Of a stretch of DNA of 64,000 nt, positions 19,683 to 28,437 are shown one piece after another. The stretch lies in the sequence record PV654397.1; one strand, 5' to 3'. A model generated the notes under the pieces. It was given only the letters and a program-made list of their open reading frames with translations. It ran no database searches and had not been told where the DNA came from. Numbering within the stretch: the first letter of the stretch is position 1; the number at the start of each line of letters is the position of its first letter. Position numbers and translations under genes: made by a program.

Positions 19683-20203
19683 ATGTTCTTCATCACCTGA
19701 CCAATAGATTTAAGATGGTTGATTTTAGCTGGAGTCAAATACTTATCCAGTACTATTAAACAACTAGGGAATGGAGCACTGTCAGTCTTTTTATCTGGTT
19801 CTTCAGGGATACCGAACTTTAAGCGACCTTTTATAAAACAAATACAATCACAAACTTTCGCAGCATAATCCTGAAAGGCTATAGTATCAGTTCTTGATGG
19901 TACGAGAATCAGTACTGTAGCACCTTTGTTATATGCATCAACTGCCTTAGATAACCACGTTTTCAAATCACTGTACGGTGGGTTGAGCCACACGATATTG
20001 TTTCCCCAGTCCTGTTCAAGTGAATTGTCTTCTGGTGTAAAGAACTTATCACACAATGCAGTTTCTTTGACACACGCTGCATCTAGTGTAAATTCCCAGA
20101 GTTCATCCAAATCTTCAAAGAAATCCTTTGGAGTAGTCCAGTTATCTTTTCCAGTACTGAAATGTACTGATTGTTTTTTCTTCGAAGCATCCTTCTTCGA
20201 CAT
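19679..20203 (-). CDS. phage DNA N6-adenine methyltransferase (PF05869-type)
   Basis: WTTP, FTLDAA, WLNPPYS, LVPSRT, GRLKF, APFPS. Confidence 0.92.
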   Translation of the reverse strand: MSKKDASKKKQSVHFSTGKDNWTTPKDFFEDLDELWEFTLDAACVKETALCDKFFTPEDNSLEQDWGNNIVWLNPPYSDLKTWLSKAVDAYNKGATVLILVPSRTDTIAFQDYAAKVCDCICFIKGRLKFGIPEEPDKKTDSAPFPSCLIVLDKYLTPAKINHLKSIGQVMKNI

Positions 20204-20219
20204 ACATAATTTCCTTTGA

Positions 20220-20765
20220 TTATAGACAGTTAAGTACTATGTCATCAAAAGTACTACTGTCAATGTTGTATTCATATAAAAATTTAAAATGTGATCCATA
20301 ACGCATCATCAGATTAAACTCTTCTTCAGTATTAAATTTGTAATCATGAAGAGTTTCAAGGGTACATGTTAAACCTAAAAACTCAATAATTTCTGATGTT
20401 ACATCATTTCCTGAATTGAAGTATTTAACCCAAACACATTTTCCTTGTGGGTTGAATTTTCTATATTCTCCTTCTAGTTCTCCATTGACGATATGTGCTT
20501 TCGCACTGATTAGATTATTACTATAACGCTCTTCGTAGTAGTTCCCATAACGAGCTTTAAGAATTGTAGGCTTCTTGGTTGGAAATAACTTAATGGAAGT
20601 TAATTCAAAACCGCACTGCAACTCTTTGATGTACGAAATACATCCCTTTTCTTTAATCACAACAAAACCAGTAAAATTCTCTTGGTCTTGGTTCTGATTG
20701 TCTGAATCAACAAATTCTAGTGTTTTATAAGTGACGCTTTTAGATTTTTTAATAAATGACATCAT
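20220..20765 (-). CDS. protein with MORN/YwqK-like repeat and family A-like C-terminal motif
   Basis: NGELEGEYRKFNPQGKCVWVKYFNSG; NTEEEFNLMM. Confidence 0.65.
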   Translation of the reverse strand: MMSFIKKSKSVTYKTLEFVDSDNQNQDQENFTGFVVIKEKGCISYIKELQCGFELTSIKLFPTKKPTILKARYGNYYEERYSNNLISAKAHIVNGELEGEYRKFNPQGKCVWVKYFNSGNDVTSEIIEFLGLTCTLETLHDYKFNTEEEFNLMMRYGSHFKFLYEYNIDSSTFDDIVLNCL

Positions 20766-20820
20766 TATTCCTATGGAAACATCAATGACTGTACATGGCG
20801 TTGACTGCATCAACACCAGT

Positions 20821-20851
20821 CGAATTATACACGCTTCGCATGTCTAATTCG
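20821..20851 (-). promoter_or_regulatory. hairpin with GCGAAGC loop and TATAAT in one arm
   Basis: CGAATTAGACATGC-GAA-GCGTGTATAATTCG. Confidence 0.6.
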
Positions 20852-21384
20852 ACGAAAGTACTATGATTTGTTTTAATTAATATTGACGGGGTTTGCTTGA
20901 GCATATTTCATCCCCCCGCAGGGGAAAGAACAAAAAAAAGTTTGACGCTGGTGGCCTTCACATAGTTCATATCACGAATTCTCTTACGAGGCGAAAGCGG
21001 GTTGCTCTGTTTCTCTCTATCGCGGTTCTTGTAGCAACGGTCGTCGGTCTTAAACATCCCGACACATAATACAAATACCATATGACCAGTACTTGTATTT
21101 GATTTCACGAATTTTGGACGCAACTATATTGTATAAATTACGACCGCAAATTTCTCATGAAATCTCCCTTAGATAATTGGTAAGGTGCGATCCTTATATG
21201 TCTATCGAGGAACTCTCTTTATCCTATTGGAGTTCTTTATACAGCCGCATTGCCGTGAGTGGTTCAAACTATGCCATCATCTAACGGGTTTCATTTGCTG
21301 TTCGTACTGAAAGGACTACTCATCTACCCTCTACTTTTCGAGTGGATTAGGCTTTAATCATTTCCATATGGAACCTTTCAGGAT
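20852..21384. ncRNA. putative large structured non-coding RNA or cis element (unclassified)
   Basis: GC-richer intergenic island with several perfect helices, no credible ORF. Confidence 0.45.
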
Positions 21385-21419
21385 TAAAAAAAGGCGACAA
21401 CATATTCTGCTGTCACCTT
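21385..21419 (-). terminator. intrinsic terminator
   Basis: AAGGTGACAGC-agaatat-GTTGTCGCCTT then T-run. Confidence 0.8.
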
Positions 21420-21421
21420 AC

Positions 21422-21449
21422 ATTATATCATAAACTTATGGTCTGTCTC
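21422..21449 (-). promoter_or_regulatory. extended -10 promoter directly upstream of terminator
   Basis: GAGACA-N16-TATAAT with TGA extension. Confidence 0.5.
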
Positions 21450-22296
21450 AGTTGTATTCTGTTTTTTCAGTGAAATTAGTTAAGATATCTGCACTTAAGC
21501 TTCTCATAACCTCAATCTTACTTGGCATGAACCTGTGCTTGTTTTTTACATACAACTCATCATCTTCAATGAAAGATGTGAACATGAATACCATATCTTC
21601 ACGTGGAATTGAGAGAATATTACAGTTTTCATTTTCAGCAACAGGGGAATCATTGTAGTACTTAGAGAATGCAGTACTTTGACGACCGATTATGATAGAA
21701 TTTCGGATTAGAAAATTACTACAGTACTGAAAATCTTTGTAGTACTTGTCAAGGATATATGGCATTATCGCTTCTTTCACTTCTTCATATCCATTGGTAC
21801 TATCAATTTCAGTACAATAATCTTCTCGGTCTTTTTTCCCTCGATGATTATCAAACTCGTACTCAAAGAATAAATTTTTATTTAATGAATCATTTGAACC
21901 AACTGATCCACTATAGTATGATTTTCTATCATTCATTCGATCATCGGGGCATGATGCATACATAGAAATGTCATGTGTTGACGTACCGATATAAATTTTC
22001 TTAGTAATGTGATTGTACGCGATGTAATCATAATCTTGTACTCCAGTGAGCATTAACTGGAACATCAATTCATCAGGAACATCAATTAACGGGTACTCAA
22101 ACTTCGAATATCTACTACGACAGAAATTCTTTTCAAATGCTCGATATGCGATGAAATCTTTTAGGTTTGTAATAGATTCATGCTCATGTGTACTACTGGT
22201 GCGTACATTGACATTAGTAGACGAGCAATACCCTTCAGATTCTTCTGCGTAGTCATAATAACCCTTATTGTAGTCAACGATTAGATAAAGTTTCAT
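21448..22296 (-). CDS. hypothetical protein
   Basis: 282-aa ORF, GGAG SD. Confidence 0.8.
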   Translation of the reverse strand: MKLYLIVDYNKGYYDYAEESEGYCSSTNVNVRTSSTHEHESITNLKDFIAYRAFEKNFCRSRYSKFEYPLIDVPDELMFQLMLTGVQDYDYIAYNHITKKIYIGTSTHDISMYASCPDDRMNDRKSYYSGSVGSNDSLNKNLFFEYEFDNHRGKKDREDYCTEIDSTNGYEEVKEAIMPYILDKYYKDFQYCSNFLIRNSIIIGRQSTAFSKYYNDSPVAENENCNILSIPREDMVFMFTSFIEDDELYVKNKHRFMPSKIEVMRSLSADILTNFTEKTEYN

Positions 22297-22308
22297 ATAT
22301 CTCCAGAC

Positions 22309-22340
22309 AAAAAAAAGACGAGATATTATATCCCGTCCTT
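22309..22340 (-). terminator. intrinsic terminator with TATAAT in loop
   Basis: GACGGGA-tataata-TCTCGTC then T-run. Confidence 0.75.
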
Positions 22341-22347
22341 TGGTTTA

Positions 22348-22653
22348 TTAGTGGCTTGCCCAGCAGTAAACAGGACGTAGATTTTCCATTGGGTTTACTT
22401 CAGGCTTCAGTACTGTAACACGAACTTCATACGGAGTACCATCTGCATGATGGAACGTTTCGTAATGAATACTCTCAATGAAGGTTTCATATTCTTCTTG
22501 AGAACGTGAACGAACTGATGGGGAATATTTCTTTTTGGTATCTGATTTTAGTGTAACACTTACTAGTTCTGATTCTTCACCATTTTCAAGTTTATTGAAA
22601 TCGAACTCTGGTACACCTTCAAACATATCAAATTTCATTCCGTTGTCTTCCAT
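22348..22653 (-). CDS. hypothetical protein
   Basis: 101-aa ORF, AGGA SD. Confidence 0.75.
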   Translation of the reverse strand: MEDNGMKFDMFEGVPEFDFNKLENGEESELVSVTLKSDTKKKYSPSVRSRSQEEYETFIESIHYETFHHADGTPYEVRVTVLKPEVNPMENLRPVYCWASH

Positions 22654-22704
22654 TTTAAATTCCTTTTTATATAATGTTAGTTAGATAGTTTTTAATAAAT
22701 CAGA

Positions 22705-23091
22705 TTAGATTACGTCATACGGTAGAGTACCGTGACGGAATTTATCAAGTTGTGCAAGAACTTCTTTTCGTTCAACAATCTCTGGCACATCTTCTTGCAG
22801 TTGGTCACATACTTCAACGATGAAATCCCAATCGCTCTCACAACTCACACGTACTGCTTCAATTGTTTTCCAATCAGCACTAATTTCACCTTCAGGATTT
22901 ACATACGAAGGCCATACCTTTCCATAGTCTTGTACTGATTTGTCGTTAAGAACACGAATAGCATTGAAAATCTGTCCAGTACTGAAGTGTTTAGTATTCT
23001 TCATGTCTTCTAAGCAACATAGCTTAGGTTCACCCTGGACTTCAATCAGAAGTACACCACCAATAGCTTTTAGAACAGAACTTGTATTCAT
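22705..23091 (-). CDS. hypothetical protein
   Basis: 128-aa ORF, GGAG SD. Confidence 0.75.
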   Translation of the reverse strand: MNTSSVLKAIGGVLLIEVQGEPKLCCLEDMKNTKHFSTGQIFNAIRVLNDKSVQDYGKVWPSYVNPEGEISADWKTIEAVRVSCESDWDFIVEVCDQLQEDVPEIVERKEVLAQLDKFRHGTLPYDVI

Positions 23092-23124
23092 CTATATCTC
23101 CATTTATCAAAAAAAGATGTGAAC

Positions 23125-23152
23125 ATTATATCACAAGGAATTGTCATGTCCA
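23125..23152 (-). promoter_or_regulatory. sigma70-type promoter
   Basis: TGGACA-N16-TATAAT with TGA extension. Confidence 0.65.
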
Positions 23153-23162
23153 CAATATTTTA

Positions 23163-23456
23163 TCAAATAGTCAAACTTTCGTGCCAGTTATTGAAATCGT
23201 TAATAGCCAGCATAAACATATTCTCATCATTAAATTCTAGAATATGTTCATTGTATAAGTAGCTAATGTACTTATTACTACAATGTTTGCTATTCATAAT
23301 TAGCATTTCAACTGCACGTTCATACGAACATGGGCTGAGATACAATTTTGTTCCATCAGGGTGCTCAATCTCCACTGCACCAGGTGGAATAAAACGTTCA
23401 CCAGTATAAGGGATATACGGCTCTGTTTTGAAAATAAGTTTGAATTTAGTATCCAT
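23163..23456 (-). CDS. hypothetical protein
   Basis: 97-aa ORF. Confidence 0.7.
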   Translation of the reverse strand: MDTKFKLIFKTEPYIPYTGERFIPPGAVEIEHPDGTKLYLSPCSYERAVEMLIMNSKHCSNKYISYLYNEHILEFNDENMFMLAINDFNNWHESLTI

Positions 23457-23472
23457 ACCAAATCCTCCATAA

Positions 23473-24321
23473 TTACATTGTTTCTTTTATGTTGCGTAAC
23501 ATAGTATTAACTATGTTCATCTTCCCGCCTAACTTGAAGTAATATTCCAATTTATTAATAATATTACTTTTTAATATCTCAAATATTTGATATTCATTTG
23601 TTTCGAAACTAAGTTCGAATTGGAAAGTATATAAATTGTTGAATAGATGTACCAACGATGCATCAGGTGATTCCATTGTAAATGTGTAGTTGGCACGATA
23701 ACCAGTACTAATCACTACTTCCGATGATTCACCTTTCATGGATATGTCAATATTATACATCATTGGGCGACCAGTTGCAATATCTTTCATTCGGAAGAAT
23801 GCAGTACTACGATACACAACACCATCTTCGGTAACCTTTTCTTGTATAGTTATATTTGAAACTTCACTCTCTTTGAATTTGGATTCGAATGAATGAATAC
23901 GATTTGATTTTTCATCATCCGTATACATAGTGCATGTATATTTTCCAAAATCATCTCTAGATGTATATGATTTATCGCTGGCGGTTTTATAAAACGAAAC
24001 CCCATTGATGTGTTCTTCTTTGTACATCATTGTGTCATTGGATTTGTAGTATGAACAATTAGGTGTTGAAAGAGATTCAAAATTGTTCACATCATGACAG
24101 TAAGAAATAGAAGAATCGCTATACAGTACTACATCACGAATTGCAACTTCTTTTGAAGTACCTTTTTTGACAGAAATTTGAAAGTCATTGCATGGGAAGA
24201 TTCTATATCCATCGTATGTATCTGATGTACTGATACCAAATGGTGTTGGGGAATTCAGAAATTCGTTGATATGTTCAAGTACTGAATACTTTTTGAAATT
24301 ACGAAAATCTGTTGTATCCAT
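23473..24321 (-). CDS. hypothetical protein
   Basis: 282-aa ORF, AGGAG SD. Confidence 0.8.
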   Translation of the reverse strand: MDTTDFRNFKKYSVLEHINEFLNSPTPFGISTSDTYDGYRIFPCNDFQISVKKGTSKEVAIRDVVLYSDSSISYCHDVNNFESLSTPNCSYYKSNDTMMYKEEHINGVSFYKTASDKSYTSRDDFGKYTCTMYTDDEKSNRIHSFESKFKESEVSNITIQEKVTEDGVVYRSTAFFRMKDIATGRPMMYNIDISMKGESSEVVISTGYRANYTFTMESPDASLVHLFNNLYTFQFELSFETNEYQIFEILKSNIINKLEYYFKLGGKMNIVNTMLRNIKETM

Positions 24322-24348
24322 AGTAATACAATCTCCTAAATTTCGGAC

Positions 24349-24377
24349 AAAAAATTAGTCGAGAATAAATCTCGACT
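24349..24377 (-). terminator. intrinsic terminator
   Basis: AGTCGAGA-tttat-TCTCGACT then AA-T6. Confidence 0.7.
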
Positions 24378-24486
24378 TGTGTTTTACTTTACCATTCTTC
24401 ATTGCTTTTTTACGGTCCACATGTGTTTGAGGTTTATTAAACTCATTCATATGCTTTTGTACAAAGTTGTTTACATTTTTAGCCAT
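24355..24486 (-). CDS. 43-aa basic protein missed by ORF track
   Basis: MAKNVNNFVQKHMNEFNKPQTHVDRKKAMKNGKVKHKSRFILD; GGAG SD. Confidence 0.75.
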   Translation of the reverse strand: MAKNVNNFVQKHMNEFNKPQTHVDRKKAMKNGKVKHKSRFILD

Positions 24487-24488
24487 AC

Positions 24489-24962
24489 TTACTCCAAATC
24501 GGGATCTTTAACTGTTAGGCTTTCAATATCACTTGCGTAAAGAACTACATTAGTTTGTGTCTCTGATACTTTAAAATCATGATAACTATCTTTCACTTTA
24601 AAATTATCCAAAATAAACCCTTTACTACAACACATCATGATTTTATCATCTTTGATAGTGTATGTATTCTTTTTCTTACGTACTTCAGATTGTGGGGTAA
24701 TATTATCATTGTTACGAATAACACAATCAATGTACTCGTCATTTGTACTCATAGGCATACCCATGATAAACGAATTACTAGTACTGATTGTTAGTATGAA
24801 AACATTAGTATTTGGATTGTGAAAGAAGTCGTGCATAGTTTTACTGCATAAAAACAAGCACTGAATTATGTCCTTTACATTGAACATTATATCATGAACT
24901 TTGAATGCGTCCAACTCTAAAATGTCATCTATCTTTCCATTCTCAACAGTTTTAATCTCCAT
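24489..24962 (-). CDS. hypothetical protein
   Basis: 157-aa ORF. Confidence 0.75.
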   Translation of the reverse strand: MEIKTVENGKIDDILELDAFKVHDIMFNVKDIIQCLFLCSKTMHDFFHNPNTNVFILTISTSNSFIMGMPMSTNDEYIDCVIRNNDNITPQSEVRKKKNTYTIKDDKIMMCCSKGFILDNFKVKDSYHDFKVSETQTNVVLYASDIESLTVKDPDLE

Positions 24963-25004
24963 GATCTATCCTTGATCTTCAAAGGCACTCCATGTGCACA
25001 TATA

Positions 25005-25505
25005 TTAGGTCACAGCTTTGTATTTCTCCATTGCTTCGGTGATATTCAATACTGCTTGCGGTACGTCACTTTTGTTGTATGCAGTGGTTAGTTTTTCCAT
25101 GTTATTGAGAAGACTTAGAAACAATGGAAGTACTTCTGCATTGTCACTGAAGTTACAATCATTGACAGTACTCAATTGGAATAACTCACCTGCATCAACA
25201 TTGAGTGTGTTGTATTCTTTAACAATGTTTTCTTCAGTATTGAAGATGTAGAATACAGTCCCCATGTGGTGTAAGTATACACCAGTATCATTCTGAATAT
25301 GACATGGGGTGATTACAATTGCTGTGTTATCAATATTATTTACTATTGTCAAACGAAGACTATGTAACCCAAAGATTACAGTACAATCCTTTGTACTGTG
25401 TTGGATCTGGTCACTAGTAAAGGAAGACCCACTATGATTTTTAGATCCATTTAGTATTTCTTTGATAATTTTAAATGAATACTTCATCGAATTAGTTAAA
25501 AGCAT
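25005..25505 (-). CDS. family A paralog
   Basis: DAGELFQLSTV. Confidence 0.8.
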   Translation of the reverse strand: MLLTNSMKYSFKIIKEILNGSKNHSGSSFTSDQIQHSTKDCTVIFGLHSLRLTIVNNIDNTAIVITPCHIQNDTGVYLHHMGTVFYIFNTEENIVKEYNTLNVDAGELFQLSTVNDCNFSDNAEVLPLFLSLLNNMEKLTTAYNKSDVPQAVLNITEAMEKYKAVT

Positions 25506-25905
25506 GAACTTTACCTTTAAGTAAATTAATTAATGTTCGCATAGATTCAGTACTGACAGTACCAAAATCAACACCTAAGCACTCGTATTGAAAGAACTCA
25601 ATAGAATCAATTGAGTCCAAAGGAATCTCAACAACCTGATTCCCTATACCAGACATAGTAACATTGCTTTTATTAATCGTCAAGAAGTTTTTTGAATAAG
25701 TATTAAATTTTAGTGAAATCGCATCGGGGTGCTTTGTAACAATGCAGTACTGGGAGCCATACACATATAGTACTTTACTTTCACTAAGATCCGTTTTAAA
25801 AAAATGAATCCCATTGAAGTATTTCTCATTGGCTTTCATCGCCGCGATTAGTTCATCTGTTGTTGTTAACCTTGTTTCGTTCTTCGTTAAACTGTTGAAA
25901 AGCAT
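25492..25905 (-). CDS. family A paralog
   Basis: DSIEFFQYECL. Confidence 0.75.
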   Translation of the reverse strand: MLFNSLTKNETRLTTTDELIAAMKANEKYFNGIHFFKTDLSESKVLYVYGSQYCIVTKHPDAISLKFNTYSKNFLTINKSNVTMSGIGNQVVEIPLDSIDSIEFFQYECLGVDFGTVSTESMRTLINLLKGKVHAFN

Positions 25906-26326
25906 AGAATACTACCTTAACCATTTGTAGTGTTTCAGACATTACTTCTGATGAAAATTCAACATCATTGAATTTCAGCATAGTGTTCTGTGTAAAGAAA
26001 GTTGCTTCTAAGTCTTCCAGATTGAAGGGTTCATCAAACAAATTAGTACTGAACATGTCAGTCTTCTTCTTGTATGTGAACAAGAATTTGGAATTATAAC
26101 GAAGAACTATTTCATCTTTATTAACCAAAATACGTGCAATGTTCTGACGTGTCAATGTGGTAATGTTTAAATTGAACACGTTCTTGCGTGTTTCAGTGAT
26201 ATCAACAAAATACCCATCTCCCTGATGGATATTACATCGTACATCCAACCCTTTCTGTACTGTATTGAACAGTGCATCTTGAATAAAATAATTTGCTGTA
26301 TCGATGTTTCCTAAAATGTCTAACAT
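25853..26326 (-). CDS. family A paralog (degenerate motif)
   Basis: DLEATFFTQNTM. Confidence 0.65.
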   Translation of the reverse strand: MLDILGNIDTANYFIQDALFNTVQKGLDVRCNIHQGDGYFVDITETRKNVFNLNITTLTRQNIARILVNKDEIVLRYNSKFLFTYKKKTDMFSTNLFDEPFNLEDLEATFFTQNTMLKFNDVEFSSEVMSETLQMVKVVFYAFQQFNEERNKVNNNR

Positions 26327-26838
26327 AACTTCTCCTTGATTGCTGTCATATTTAGAAGAAATTCTTCAAGCAATTCCTCTGTAACATACTCAACATACCA
26401 GAATATCACAATATCTTTTGAAAGTCGAGTATTCTTAAAAATATCTACTAACTCTTTGTAGTACTCAAGATCATATACATCTTTTATAATTAGTGAGTAC
26501 TGAAATAGTGATTCTTCAGTTAACTTAAATTCTGGATATAGTAAGTCATTAAATTCTAATGATTCTGATTGTACTTTTATTTTAGTGAAGTCATTTGTTA
26601 ATCCACCATTACATCCATATAATGCAGCGTAATTCACGAACTTGGCTTTTGGATTAAAATCAAGAACAGTTTCACCATTATATGACAATCGGTGGAACGC
26701 CGTGAACTTTGTAATTTGCCACGGTTGCTTAATATCTAAGTCATTTATGTCTTTATTATTGTACATAAGAACAGTGAATATTTCAGCAATCTTCAATAAT
26801 AATTTAGTACGTGCTAGTACTGTCATAGGTTCAATCAT
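26320..26838 (-). CDS. family A paralog
   Basis: LTEESLFQYSLI. Confidence 0.8.
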   Translation of the reverse strand: MIEPMTVLARTKLLLKIAEIFTVLMYNNKDINDLDIKQPWQITKFTAFHRLSYNGETVLDFNPKAKFVNYAALYGCNGGLTNDFTKIKVQSESLEFNDLLYPEFKLTEESLFQYSLIIKDVYDLEYYKELVDIFKNTRLSKDIVIFWYVEYVTEELLEEFLLNMTAIKEKLC

Positions 26839-27251
26839 TATACACCTTCATATTCATCAAGGAAATCTTCGATGATCATTTCTGCGTCATCCATGTGCAT
26901 AGCATCAACTTCAACAATGCGAACCTTAGACGTATCCCAAATCATATAGCTAGGAACTGTATCTGGTTCGTAATCGTTTTTGTACTGAACTGCATCATAG
27001 CCGTTAATTTCGCAGTACTCAATCACTCCACGCCATTCGTCGTCACTGCCCATATCCGTCCACAGAAGCACGTTATCAACATCAACTTCTAAGGTATGTA
27101 AGTATACTGTATCAGCGTCAACAACGTTCAGTGGGCTTCTCAGCTTGCGTAATGCAGCTTCTAAAGCACTGTGTTTGCCACCCATATGAAGGCCACCATA
27201 CGGGATATAAAAGTTATCAATTTTTACAGTACTCGCATGATACAGTTTCAT
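26838..27251 (-). CDS. putative ADP-ribosyltransferase-fold protein (ART-PolyVal-like)
   Basis: LYHAS, GLHMG, GYDAVQYKNDYE...SY.IWD. Confidence 0.55.
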   Translation of the reverse strand: MKLYHASTVKIDNFYIPYGGLHMGGKHSALEAALRKLRSPLNVVDADTVYLHTLEVDVDNVLLWTDMGSDDEWRGVIEYCEINGYDAVQYKNDYEPDTVPSYMIWDTSKVRIVEVDAMHMDDAEMIIEDFLDEYEGV

Positions 27252-27260
27252 TATTCATTC

Positions 27261-27845
27261 CTATTTCAGTACTTTGACCAGGGCTTTAACCGCTGTTTCA
27301 AGTTGTGCAAAGTCGTTGATTGTAAGATAATGAATACCCAATGTACTCATTTCTGAATCTATTTTACTATACAAATCGAACATGTCAAGTAGATATTGAT
27401 ATGTATATGACTCCGATGACACACATGATTCTTGAAATAGACGTTCTTCCATATCATTTACTACTTCATCATTTGCGTCTCGAATCACACCATCTTTGTA
27501 TGTGTAGTAAATCTCATCCCATTCATCTGATAAGCGGAATAGTAAAGGTTTACCATTAAACATCTCAAGGTCATATGCATTGACTTCACTCAATAACATA
27601 TCATCAGGATCAGGTGTGAAATCGAATTGAGCGAGTGAAGAACCATCATAATCCTTAAGGAATACACCAATAGCATTCAATTTAACTTCGCCATAATTGC
27701 CATTCTTGAACTTTACACGAATATTAATATCAATGTTTTGAACAGTATCATCATCTTGGAATTGATAATCAATTTTATACTTTTCCCAAAGTTTTTTAAT
27801 ATCTTTAAAGTACTTAATTTTACTTTCTATTTCTTTAAAGTTCAT
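27261..27845 (-). CDS. family A paralog
   Basis: MEERLFQESCV. Confidence 0.8.
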   Translation of the reverse strand: MNFKEIESKIKYFKDIKKLWEKYKIDYQFQDDDTVQNIDINIRVKFKNGNYGEVKLNAIGVFLKDYDGSSLAQFDFTPDPDDMLLSEVNAYDLEMFNGKPLLFRLSDEWDEIYYTYKDGVIRDANDEVVNDMEERLFQESCVSSESYTYQYLLDMFDLYSKIDSEMSTLGIHYLTINDFAQLETAVKALVKVLK

Positions 27846-28437
27846 CTGGAACCGCCATCTCTTGTATGTTCTTGCATTTTATCATTGCACAATTAGTATG
27901 TAAAATGATAGCGTACTTGTGTAATGATTTAATTTTATAACACTCATTAAGTACTGAAATGATTCCCCATAACTCTTCTACATCAATAGTGATAGGTTCA
28001 CTAGTACTAAGTTGCATTAGTGCTGCTTCCACATCATCTTTGTTATTGATTTTGAACTGCATACCACGTTTCAGTATTTTGGTTTTTGGGTTATACTCTG
28101 CCATTACATCACCTTCAGGGTAACCCTCGTGTAATAATAATGTAGTCTCATAATCTCCACAATTGAAATTAATTTCATCATAGTCAGGAACACAAATCAT
28201 TCCTTCACCATATTGATTATCTACTGATTCGATTGTTAAAATACGCTGATGTTCATTACTCAGGATAATAGAATCATGCCAGTACTGCGTAGTGAATTTA
28301 CTACGTTTCTTTTGACAGCACATACTTGACATGGGACCATACTTTTTATATAGGGACTTCTTGAATGCTATCGCATCAGGAGCCACCTTAATAACTTCTC
28401 GAATTAGGTCAATAGCTTCTTGATAACTTTTTCTCAT
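27835..28437 (-). CDS. family A paralog (degenerate motif)
   Basis: VEAALMQLSTS; ATGA-coupled start. Confidence 0.7.
   Translation of the reverse strand: MRKSYQEAIDLIREVIKVAPDAIAFKKSLYKKYGPMSSMCCQKKRSKFTTQYWHDSIILSNEHQRILTIESVDNQYGEGMICVPDYDEINFNCGDYETTLLLHEGYPEGDVMAEYNPKTKILKRGMQFKINNKDDVEAALMQLSTSEPITIDVEELWGIISVLNECYKIKSLHKYAIILHTNCAMIKCKNIQEMAVPDEL

Noticed and set aside
20908-21123. 71-aa ORF inside the structured island
   Set aside because: TTG start without SD and atypical composition. It cannot be fully excluded.
21277-21300. tmRNA-like tag start GCA AAT GAA (ANETR-stop)
   Set aside because: No tRNA-like acceptor stem, T-arm or CCA end was found, and the resume context is poor.
21241-21325. 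Group II domain V-like AGCCGCAT and group I-like TAGTCC
   Set aside because: The required pairing partners are absent and there is no interrupted host gene.
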